From contig JANXUR010000051.1 of assembly GCA_025356095.1 (NCBI GenBank), positions 67,730 to 131,729 of the forward strand: 64,000 bases of DNA, read 5' to 3'. The notes below the pieces were generated by a model. That model saw only the letters and a program-made list of their open reading frames with translations. It ran no database searches and was not told the DNA's origin. Below are positions 18,387 through 26,393 of the stretch, one piece after another (within the stretch, counting starts at the first letter, position 1; each line of letters starts with the position of its first letter). The position numbers and the translations under genes were made by a program. This DNA is from Acidobacteriaceae bacterium (GTDB lineage: Bacteria > Acidobacteriota > Terriglobia > Terriglobales > Acidobacteriaceae).

Positions 18387-19648
18387 GGCGTAGTACCGAT
18401 GATGATCTTGTTTCCTGCTGGGTTCGGCATGATCCTATGAAGGTCGATGTCGTCCCGGTTGCACATGCGTATGCATCCGTGCGAAGTCGGGCTAAGGAAG
18501 AGACGATTACCCCACGTCGTGGGACTCCAAGCTGGCCCCATTGTGCCGTGGATGAAGATGCCCCTTCCGTCTAGCTCCTTGAGGTGGAGCTGGTACGGGC
18601 CGAAGGCATTTCCACCGAGCGCTGTTTTGCTCCACGGCGTATTTGCAGCATTTCCATACAAGGTCGAGACGTGATCTTTTTCCCAACTCGTCGCAGTGAA
18701 GGTCCCGGTCGGCGTCACATGCCCATCACCACCAACTACGACATCCGCTTTTAGAAGCGTGGTCGCCTCCTTATCGCCTTTGTTCATGCCGGTGACGGTA
18801 AGCGTGCCCTTCGACGTATTGGGGTCGTAGGTAACCGTGATCGTGCAAGTAGTGAACTTCTTATCGCCAGCCTGACATCCAGCCATTCCGGTTGGATCAG
18901 TGTATCGCAGCGGATTGTTGTTCACATACGCATACATGTTGAGGTTCTGAGGATTTCCGATCCAGTCCTCGAACTTCCTGAGGGACTCCCCTTCTTCCTC
19001 TTCGCTACTGCCTTCGGGGGGGTGTTGCCAGCCCAACCAAGGGATAGGATCAGGCGACATCCACCGGCCCATTGACGATCCGAGGTAGCGAGCTGGGAAG
19101 TAGTCCAAGCCGCTCTCTGTATCTCTTTTTTTGCCGGTGAACTTGTAGGCGTTCGCATCGGCGTTGCAGGAGGTCGTGATCTCGCCGCCGTAAGGATAGT
19201 AGTCGCTGTCGCGAAGACAGTTGCCAATGCTGTCTGTCACGACGCCGATAGACCCCAGATGGTCAGCGAAGAAGTATGACTTGGCACCGGACGAAGCCCA
19301 GCGCGCGATACGTTGCCCATTGAAAAAGATGAGGTCGTCATCGAGCTTGCCAGCCAACGTGCTTTCCGCAAGGGAAGAGCTGCCGTTTCCATACCAAGAG
19401 AGAGTGCGGGGGGAACTTGTTGTACATGTTGTAGCGTTGCACTTGGTGACCCGGTTGCCATCGCCGTCGTAGCCGTACTGCCAGCCCGGCGGGGGCGAAC
19501 GGTTGCAGGGGAGCAGAAGAAATTCTGGTGCGCATGTTTCATCTTTCATGAGGGGCAGGGGCAATCGGTGCTGTTCCGTCCCGCTTTTCCACACCCCATC
19601 ACAGGTTGTTCGCAGTCTCCACAGGTTTCCCACAAGGGCGGGACACAT
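18383..19648 (-). CDS. orphan RHS-repeat core fragment with C-terminal YkuD (L,D-transpeptidase)-fold toxin domain
   Basis: 421-aa ORF. YD/RHS core motifs are WQYGYDGDGNRV, FFADHLGSIGVVTD, DYYPYGG and YKFTGKKRDTESGLDYFPARYL, and the core-end boundary is NNNPLRYTDPTGM. The C-terminal ~170 aa carry IFIHGTMGP...SPTSHGCIRMCNRDD, the YkuD catalytic signature. Rhs homology begins only around aa 55, so the true start is unclear. Confidence 0.8.
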   Translation of the reverse strand: MCPALVGNLWRLRTTCDGVWKSGTEQHRLPLPLMKDETCAPEFLLLPCNRSPPPGWQYGYDGDGNRVTKCNATTCTTSSPRTLSWYGNGSSSLAESTLAGKLDDDLIFFNGQRIARWASSGAKSYFFADHLGSIGVVTDSIGNCLRDSDYYPYGGEITTSCNADANAYKFTGKKRDTESGLDYFPARYLGSSMGRWMSPDPIPWLGWQHPPEGSSEEEEGESLRKFEDWIGNPQNLNMYAYVNNNPLRYTDPTGMAGCQAGDKKFTTCTITVTYDPNTSKGTLTVTGMNKGDKEATTLLKADVVVGGDGHVTPTGTFTATSWEKDHVSTLYGNAANTPWSKTALGGNAFGPYQLHLKELDGRGIFIHGTMGPAWSPTTWGNRLFLSPTSHGCIRMCNRDDIDLHRIMPNPAGNKIIIGTTP

Positions 19649-20142
19649 TGTGATTGCCCGGATTTTCCTGACGGTGCACTCTTAATCCAACGCAAGCGTG
19701 AAACGTTCTTCACGGTCGCGTGGCAGGCTGAATGCGGTCTGCGCAGTTCCGGTTCTCTTCCACCAAGGGTGGCCGGGTGCGTGATGCGGCGCTTGTTCTG
19801 CCGCTGCTAGTGAGCAAGAGTTCAGTCGAGTCGTCGCGCTGCAAAGCGGAGGCGACCAAGGGCTGGCGGGCAGCTCCGCAGCGTAAACGGGTTCCCAAAT
19901 GCACTCGGCGAAGGTCTAGGTGGAAGAAGGCAAGCTGGTGGGTTTCGGCCCGAAGGTTTGCCGTCCTCGTGCTATCAGCGGGATGCGGTGTTTTCATGCT
20001 TGAGGCTTCGGCCTCCGTGGAGCGCGGCGGTCGCCAGCAAGGGGTCTGGATGCGCAGACGATGCGGCACAAGCTTTTCCATCGTGCTCCCACGGAGCCGG
20101 AGGAGAGGTTGCCAGCGGTTGAGGGGAACGTGAATCGAGCGG

Positions 20143-20182
20143 AGCGGTTCGGGTGGCTGGCCCGAACCGCTTTCGTATTTTG
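20143..20182 (+). terminator. strong rho-independent terminator on the plus strand
   Basis: agcggttcggg (20143-20153) and cccgaaccgct (20161-20171) form a perfect 11-bp stem with a 7-nt loop, followed by ttcgtattttg. Confidence 0.8.
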
Positions 20183-20253
20183 TGAAGAAGTGCGACTTTC
20201 CGGGTGCATTTGGGTTTAGACTTTTGGGCATCCCCCCGGAGCGCCGGAGCGTA

Positions 20254-20748
20254 ATGCATTTCATGAAGACTCTTTTTTTGCTGGCTGCAATATCGTTATT
20301 GCCCACCTTGCTGGTGGGGCAGGTTGGGGTGCGTCCCTATCCGCATGGTCGTGGGGTGGGTGGCAATCCTCACGCGCAGCAGTGTCTGCAACAGGCTGGC
20401 CTGAGCCAAGCCACCATGCAACAGGCTCGCTCCATCCGTGAACGGGCAAAAGCGGAGACCGAGGCGCTGTGCGCCAACACCTCTTTGACGCGGCAGGAGA
20501 GGCAGCAGCGGATTCAGCAGATTCATCAGCAGACCCAGCAACAGACGCGCAGCCTCATCAGCGAAGCCCAGCAGGAGCGCCTGCGCTCGTGCCAGCAGGG
20601 CGGGCGAGCCCCCTTTGGGGGCGGCCATGGCATCGGCGGTGGGCAAGGCATCGGCGGCGGGCAAGGGCCGTGTGGCAGCTTTCCTGGCGAGTCTCTAGGT
20701 AACGAACGAGTTACGCCCGGCGAGCCCACTGCAGAGCCGGGCAAGTAG
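20254..20748 (+). CDS. secreted Gln-rich / Gly-rich protein (possibly Spy/CpxP-like)
   Basis: In frame with track ORF 20182..20748. ATG 20254 or 20263 gives a signal peptide, MKTLFLLAAISLLPTLLVGQ. A Gln-rich helical middle follows (LTRQERQQRIQQIHQQTQQQTRSLISEAQQERL), then a GGGHGIGGGQGIGGGQG tail. Confidence 0.6.
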   Translation: MHFMKTLFLLAAISLLPTLLVGQVGVRPYPHGRGVGGNPHAQQCLQQAGLSQATMQQARSIRERAKAETEALCANTSLTRQERQQRIQQIHQQTQQQTRSLISEAQQERLRSCQQGGRAPFGGGHGIGGGQGIGGGQGPCGSFPGESLGNERVTPGEPTAEPGK

Positions 20749-20817
20749 GCGCGGCGGCGTCCATTGCTTTACAACCCCAGCCACAACGTTCTACCCTAGA
20801 CTTCTAGAGTTTGACGG

Positions 20818-20892
20818 GGCGCGGTACCCAAGTGGTAAGGGAGAGGTCTGCAAAACCTTTATGCGTCGGTTCGATCCCGACCCGCGCCTCCA
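20818..20892 (+). tRNA. tRNA-Cys (GCA), CCA encoded
   Basis: Hand-folded cloverleaf. The acceptor is GGCGCGG/CCGCGCC. The anticodon stem GAGGT/ACCTT carries the loop CTGCAAA. The T-arm is GTCGG-TTCGATC-CCGAC, with discriminator T and CCA. Confidence 0.9.
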
Positions 20893-20966
20893 ACAACATT
20901 CAGCGATTCTCCCCTCCCGACGAACTGACTTAGCAGCGCAACCACTGGCGACCCAGCAGTAACTAC

Positions 20967-20998
20967 ACCAACCGCCCAAACCAACCGCCCAAACCAAC
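20967..20998. repeat. 13-nt tandem repeat accaaccgcccaa x2.5
   Basis: Read directly, 75 nt downstream of tRNA-Cys. Confidence 0.85.
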
Positions 20999-21118
20999 AA
21001 GCAGCCTTGCGCAGCGAACCACTTTGCTACGAACCATTTTTGCGGGGACCACGAGAGCCTGCCCGCGCAAACTGTGGCGTCTTCGCCGCTTTGTTCAATG
21101 GCAGATTAGAATGGAGCG

Positions 21119-21547
21119 GTGCAGAACACACTAAGTTCGTCGCTTTCAACTTTCGCTGGCACATTCGTGGTCGAAGTCGTCGGTTTGCGCAAGAGCTACG
21201 GCCCGCTGGTTGCCTTGGATGGCGTGTCGCTGGCACTGCGCGAAGGCGAGATTCTGGGCCTTTTGGGGCCCAATGGCGCGGGCAAAACCACGCTGGTGCG
21301 CTCCATTGTGGGGCGCGTGCGGCCTGATTCCGGCGCGCTCAAGCTTTTTGGTGCGGCGGCGGGAGAGCGCGAGCGGCAGCGCTTGGGCTGGGTACCGCAA
21401 GAGCTGGCGATTTATCCCAAGCTGACTGCGCGTGACAATCTTTCCGCCTTTGGCAGCTATCAAGGACTGAGTGGCGCAGCGCTGGAAGCAGCGATTGCCA
21501 GCGGCCTCAAATGGGCGTCATTGGAAGACCGCTCCAGCAGCAAGTGA
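21119..21547 (+). pseudogene. truncated ABC transporter ATP-binding gene (N-terminal half only)
   Basis: The 142-aa ORF has the ABC N-terminus and Walker A (LRKSYGPLVALDGVSLALREGEILGLLGPNGAGKTT) and the Q-loop region. It stops (LEDRSSSK*) before the signature LSGGQ and Walker B motifs. Confidence 0.75.
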
Positions 21548-22229
21548 CGGCGCGCCCGCGAATGGCGGGGGTAGCGGTGGACTGGTACAGGTAGAGATTA
21601 AAGACTTGCTGGGCGAAAATAAGACCAGCCCGATGATTTCGTTTTATGCTGGCGGCATTGGCGTGATGTTCATGCTGTTCACTGCATCGGGTGCGGCTGG
21701 AGCGTTGCTGGATGAGCAGGATAGCGGTACGCTCGACCGCGTACTCTCCAGTAAAGTTACTATGACCAAACTACTGCTGGGCAAGCTGAGCTACCTGGTG
21801 GCGCTGGGGTTGACGCAGTTGATGGTGATGTTTGTGTGGGGCGCGGTGGTCTTTCATCTTGACCTGTGGCCGCACTTGTTTGGCTTTTTTCTGGTGGCGA
21901 TTCCGACGGCAGTGGCAACGGCATCCTACGGATTGTTGTTGGCGACCGCGTGCCGCACTCGCGCACAGTAGGCATCATTCTCCACCTTAACCACGTTGAT
22001 TATCTCGGCTGTAGGCGGCAGTATGTTTCCCCGCTTTCTCATGCCAGAATCCATGCAGAAGATGAGTCTGGTCTTCTTCAATTCGTGGGCGCTAGATGGC
22101 TTCCGCAACGTCTTCTGGCGTGAGCTGCCGCTGTTCCAACTATGGCCACAAATCGGCGCTCTGCTGGCCTTTGCGCTGGTGTTTCTGCTGCTGGCGCGGC
22201 AGTTTGCGCGCAAGTGGGAGAGCGCCTAG
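21471..22229 (+). pseudogene. ABC-2 type permease remnant lacking its N-terminal part and carrying an in-frame TAG
   Basis: Track ORFs 21471..21971 and 21996..22229 are in the same frame, separated by TAG at 21969-21971 (...ATACRTRAQ*ASFSTLTTLIISAVGG...). Permease-like sequence starts only around 21570 (VQVEIKDLLGENKTSPMISFYAGGIGVMFMLF...). Confidence 0.7.
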
Positions 22230-22477
22230 CTCTACCACACGCGTACCTTCTGCCATGCAAGGCGCGGTAAAAGGTAAGGGAGTTCAAATCTGCCAGCCGC
22301 CCCATTTACCTCTGAGCAGGTCAATGAGGTTTTAAGGATGAGCTCGTAGAAATCAACGGATAGAGGCGTTCCGTTCGTCAGATCCACCCTAGGGTCCATC
22401 CGCAAGCGTGACTGCCGTCACTGCCAGCATCCCCACACACGCGCAGACTGGAGTTGTTAGTAGGGAGGTGGTACGCC

Positions 22478-22933
22478 GTGTCTGCGAGCGGACTGGTACG
22501 AGTCATCGAAGGTCAGGCGGATCGGTTGGCCGCGAATCTGTTGTTCAAGGTGCGCAACTCCACCCGTACCCGCGAATACGCCAAAGTGCCAGAAGAGGAC
22601 TTGCGGGCGCGGGTTTATGACGTCTATCGCCATCTGGGCGATTGGCTGTCTGGCAAGTCTGACCCAGAGCTGGAGCGGCGCTACTCGGACATCGGTGCCT
22701 GCCGGGCAGAACAGGGAGTGCCGGTCGCCGAACTCATGTGGGTGATGGTGTACACCAAAGAAACCCTTTGGGAGTTTCTGGTGGAGCAATCGGTTCCAGA
22801 GCGTCCTTTTGAAGTGTTTGGCGAGATGGAACTTCTGCGGCTGCTGGATCAATTTTTTGACCGGGCGCTTTGCTATGCCGCAGAAGGTCACGAACGGGTA
22901 CGGCAGGAGATGCGCCCGACTTACATTCACTAA
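22478..22933 (+). CDS. hypothetical helical protein
   Basis: In frame with track ORF 22454..22933. I prefer GTG 22478, which has GGGAGG 9 nt upstream. The protein is about 151 aa and all-helical in appearance. A vague resemblance to N-terminal sensor modules of RsbR-type proteins is unverified. Confidence 0.5.
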   Translation: MSASGLVRVIEGQADRLAANLLFKVRNSTRTREYAKVPEEDLRARVYDVYRHLGDWLSGKSDPELERRYSDIGACRAEQGVPVAELMWVMVYTKETLWEFLVEQSVPERPFEVFGEMELLRLLDQFFDRALCYAAEGHERVRQEMRPTYIH

Positions 22934-22994
22934 TCTAAGCAATAAGCCCACAGATCTTGCCACTGCGGGTGTTCCGGAGGAGGAGACAAAAGCT

Positions 22995-24326
22995 GTGATT
23001 TCGGAAAACGACTACAGAGCAAAACTTACGAATGCGGAAGCGGCGGTGCAATGTGTGCAGTCTGGGATGCGGGTTTACATCCAGCCCGGCTGCGCCGAAC
23101 CCGAAGCGCTGATTGAAGCGCTGATGCACCGTGCGCCGGCTGTGCACGACGTAGAAGTGGTCCATATGATGACGATGGGGCGGGCCGACTACGTGGCGCC
23201 AGAGATGGCTCCGCACTTTCGCCACAACGCCATGTTTATTGGCGGCAACGTAAGAGAAGCTGTGAATGAGGGCCGCGCCGACTATACCCCGATCAAGCTA
23301 GGAGAAATCGAGGAGCTGTTTACGTCTGGCGCCATGCCTCTTGATGTAGCGCTTATCCAGGTCTCCCCTCCGGACGCTCACGGCTATTGCAGCTTTGGTA
23401 TTGGGGTGGATGCCACTTTGACTGCCTGCAAAGTGGCTGGCCGCGTGATTGCCCAAGTCAACACGCACGTGCCGCGCACCTACGGCGACAGCTTCATCCA
23501 CATGAGCCGCATTGACGCGTTTGTGGAGGATTCGCGGCCGCTCTGCGAACTGCCACCCGCGAAAATTTCTGATACACAACGGACCATCGCGCAGCATGTG
23601 GCGGGGCTGATTGAGGACGGTGCCTGCCTGCAACTGGGCATTGGCGGCATTCCCGACGCGGTTCTGCCCTTCCTGATGGATCGCCGCGATTTGGGCATCC
23701 ACACCGAGTTGATCTCAGACAGTTGCATTCCGCTGATTGAAGCGGGCGTGATTAATGGCGAGCGCAAGAAGCTGCGTCCTCGGAAGATCGTGCTGGGCTT
23801 TGCGCTGGGTACGCGCAAGCTGTTTGAGTTTACGGACAATAACCCGATTTTCGAGTTCCACCCATCGGCTTACACCAATGATCCTTTGCTGATTGCCCGC
23901 AATGACAACATGATCGCGGTGAACTCGGCACTGGAAATTGATTTGACGGGGCAGGTTTGCGCCGACTCGATCGGAACTTACTTCTACAGCGGCATTGGTG
24001 GGCAAGTTGACTTCTTGACCGGAGCGTCGCGGGCCAAACATGGCAAGCCGATCATTGCCATGCCCGCAACCGCGAAGGGCGGCAAGCTTTCTCGAATCAA
24101 GCCGATGCTTACTCCGGGGGCGGGCGTGGTGACTTCGCGAGGCTTGGTGCATTACGTCGTCACCGAGTTTGGTGTGGCCTATTTGCATGGCAAGACCATT
24201 CGGGAGCGGGCCAAGGCGCTGGTTGATATTGCGCACCCGGACTTTCGGGCGGAACTGCATGATTATTGCGAGAAAACGCACTGGCTGGGCCGGGCAAAGA
24301 CCGCAGCCATACCGGCGGCAATCTAA
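22995..24326 (+). CDS. acetyl-CoA hydrolase/transferase family protein (4-hydroxybutyrate CoA-transferase-like)
   Basis: In frame with track ORF 22809..24326. I prefer GTG 22995, after GGAGGAGGAG. Family motifs are ALEIDLTGQVCADS and GIGGQVDF. Confidence 0.88.
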   Translation: MISENDYRAKLTNAEAAVQCVQSGMRVYIQPGCAEPEALIEALMHRAPAVHDVEVVHMMTMGRADYVAPEMAPHFRHNAMFIGGNVREAVNEGRADYTPIKLGEIEELFTSGAMPLDVALIQVSPPDAHGYCSFGIGVDATLTACKVAGRVIAQVNTHVPRTYGDSFIHMSRIDAFVEDSRPLCELPPAKISDTQRTIAQHVAGLIEDGACLQLGIGGIPDAVLPFLMDRRDLGIHTELISDSCIPLIEAGVINGERKKLRPRKIVLGFALGTRKLFEFTDNNPIFEFHPSAYTNDPLLIARNDNMIAVNSALEIDLTGQVCADSIGTYFYSGIGGQVDFLTGASRAKHGKPIIAMPATAKGGKLSRIKPMLTPGAGVVTSRGLVHYVVTEFGVAYLHGKTIRERAKALVDIAHPDFRAELHDYCEKTHWLGRAKTAAIPAAI

Positions 24327-24361
24327 CGGATGATCCCGCATCGCAATCAGGGATCGCAACC

Positions 24362-24652
24362 CTAAGATTTGCAACCAGTGCCAAGGAGGGGGGAGCCATG
24401 GCTCGCAGCCGCAGAACGCATCAACCCCTCCACGCCAGCCTCGGCGGCGGCAATGGCCTCGTGATTCGCCAGACCTAGCCGCGCCGCTGTGGTAGAAACC
24501 AACACCACCGAGCCCCCGTTTTTCATGCTCTTGGCGGCGGCACTCACGGTATGGAAGGCGGCGGTACGCAAGGCTTCAAATGGCAGCAACCAGCGGGGGT
24601 TTTTGCTGCCGTGGGCGTATAACACCAACCAAAAGTCGCTCTGCAAACTCAA
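24362..24652 (-). pseudogene. chimeric gene remnant: CbiX-like N-terminal fragment fused to a mid-fragment of a short-chain dehydrogenase
   Basis: In the 96-aa ORF, WLVLYAHGSKNPRWLLPFEAL resembles the CbiX/SirB N-terminus. FHTVSAAAKSMKNGGSVVLVSTTAARLGLANHEAIAAAEAGVEGLMRSAAA resembles the central region of an SDR. Both are far too short to be functional. Confidence 0.5.
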
Positions 24653-25008
24653 ACGTTTCTCCTAAAAATGCGGCTGGGCCGACCCCGACAATCTGTGTCG
24701 CTGGTCCGGCACCAAGAGGTGGGACGGCAGTCTGAAGTCGGCGGTCTGGCCCGGCCATGCGTCACACCCTGTTGGGCGGACGATCCTTTCCCCTTTTGCT
24801 AGGCTGGTACCTTGGGGAAAATGGCTTCTACCCCCACGCTAAATTGGATTCGGCCCACTGAGCCGGGACTCCACAATATTTCTTCTTGTGATATTTAATG
24901 TGACCGAAAATAAAATCAACGCATCCGACACTCAGACTCACGAAAGTGCACAATGAATGAACCCGCTCCCCCAATCTTGGGCAGCGGGATGTCATTCGGG
25001 GGGAGACC

Positions 25009-25674
25009 ATGATTAGCGACACACTTAGAGAAGGACTCGACAAGTACGGTATTGGCGAAAAGCTGCGCGCACTGCGGCTGAAGAAAAGCATGGGGCTAGT
25101 GGAACTGAGTCAGCACACCGGGCTGTCTCCTGCGTTGCTTTCCAAGCTGGAACGCGGCAAGCTTATTCCAACCCTGCCGACATTGATGCGAATTGCGCTG
25201 GTATTCAACAAAGACCTGGGCTTCTTCTTCAAACCCGAAGAGCGCGCACTGTTCCGGGTACATAAGGCCGAAAGCCGGGTGCGATTGCCAGAGGCGCGCA
25301 CCAAGAACCCCGCCTATTTTTTTGAAAATCTCGCCTATGAAGTGAACGAGCGGCTGGTGGATCCCTATTGGGCGGAATTTGTGCCCCGCGAAGAACCGAG
25401 TGCTCCGCACTCGCATCCGGGCTTTGAGTTTCTGGTGGTGGTTACGGGCAAGCTGGAGCTGCGGCATCAAGATCGCACAGTAGAATTGGGTCTGGGCGAT
25501 TCCGTCTATTTCGATTCGGGCATTCCACACAGCTACCGTTGTGCCGGCAAGGCTCCAGCGTTTGCTGTGGTGGTGACGACTGATCGCATGTACCGCAAAG
25601 AAGAGCCAGCACCACCGACTGAGGCGCCACCGCGCTTTCTGCGGACGCCAGAGCGGCCAGCGGCGCAGCAGTAA
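25009..25674 (+). CDS. XRE-family HTH regulator with C-terminal cupin domain
   Basis: 221-aa ORF with the HTH IGEKLRALRLKKSMGLVELSQHTGLSPALLSKLERGK and a cupin region (HSHPGFEFLVVVTGKLEL...DSVYFDSGIPHSY). Confidence 0.88.
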   Translation: MISDTLREGLDKYGIGEKLRALRLKKSMGLVELSQHTGLSPALLSKLERGKLIPTLPTLMRIALVFNKDLGFFFKPEERALFRVHKAESRVRLPEARTKNPAYFFENLAYEVNERLVDPYWAEFVPREEPSAPHSHPGFEFLVVVTGKLELRHQDRTVELGLGDSVYFDSGIPHSYRCAGKAPAFAVVVTTDRMYRKEEPAPPTEAPPRFLRTPERPAAQQ

Positions 25675-25686
25675 CCAATGCGAGTG

Positions 25687-26391
25687 CTACAGAGGCAGCA
25701 GTTCGCCTTTTTCCAAGTGACGGGTGACGTGCGCATAGGAAGCAGCATGGGGGTCGTGCGTCACCATGATGACTGTCTTACCACTCTCTTCGTTAAGGCG
25801 CTTGAGTATCTCCAGTACATCAGTCGCGGACTTAGTATCTAAGTCGCCAGTAGGTTCGTCGGCAAGTAACAGGTTAGGATCAGTGACTAAGGCCCGGGCG
25901 ATGGCTACGCGTTGCTCCTGTCCACCAGAGAGCTGTTTGGGTAAGTGGTGTACCCGGTCGCCCAAGCCAACCATGCTGAGCGCAGTCATCACGTGCTCTT
26001 TGCGTTCCGATGCAGATAACCGGGTAAGCAGCAGGGGTAGCTCAACGTTTTCGAAGGCAGTGAGGACTGGGATCAAGTTAAAGGTCTGGAAGATATAGCC
26101 AATATTTTCGTTGCGCCAGCGCGCGGCCTCAGCATCATCCAGAGCAAAAACATTACTGCCGTTCACCCGCATTTCACCACTGGTCGGGTGGTCAATGGCC
26201 GCGATCATATTCAACAGCGTTGTCTTGCCGGAGCCGGAGGGCCCCATCAGTGCAACGAACTCGCCCGACAAGATATCCAGGGTGACGTGCTCGAGCACGG
26301 TCACCTCAAACGCGTCGCGTTTGTATACCTTGCTTACGTCGCGGACTTCAACGATGTTGCGAGTTTCGGACATTCCCGATTCTATCCCCAT
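25687..26391 (-). CDS. ABC transporter ATP-binding protein (MacB/LolD-like)
   Basis: 234-aa ORF with Walker [13 protein letters not shown], signature [15 protein letters not shown] and Walker [13 protein letters not shown]. Confidence 0.93.
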   Translation of the reverse strand: MGIESGMSETRNIVEVRDVSKVYKRDAFEVTVLEHVTLDILSGEFVALMGPSGSGKTTLLNMIAAIDHPTSGEMRVNGSNVFALDDAEAARWRNENIGYIFQTFNLIPVLTAFENVELPLLLTRLSASERKEHVMTALSMVGLGDRVHHLPKQLSGGQEQRVAIARALVTDPNLLLADEPTGDLDTKSATDVLEILKRLNEESGKTVIMVTHDPHAASYAHVTRHLEKGELLPL

Positions 26392-26393
26392 CT

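Noticed and set aside
19710-20306. 198-aa minus-strand ORF and 133-aa plus-strand ORF (19732..20133) upstream of the Rhs fragment
   Set aside because: Their composition is Arg/Ser/Pro-rich, with no Rhs-like or other motifs. The minus ORF also overlaps the signal peptide of the plus-strand secreted protein gene.
22212-22304. A complete second tRNA gene after the ABC-2 remnants
   Set aside because: A T-arm-like element is present, but I could not find a 5' acceptor strand complementary to the 3' end or an anticodon arm. It is reported only as a tRNA-derived fragment.
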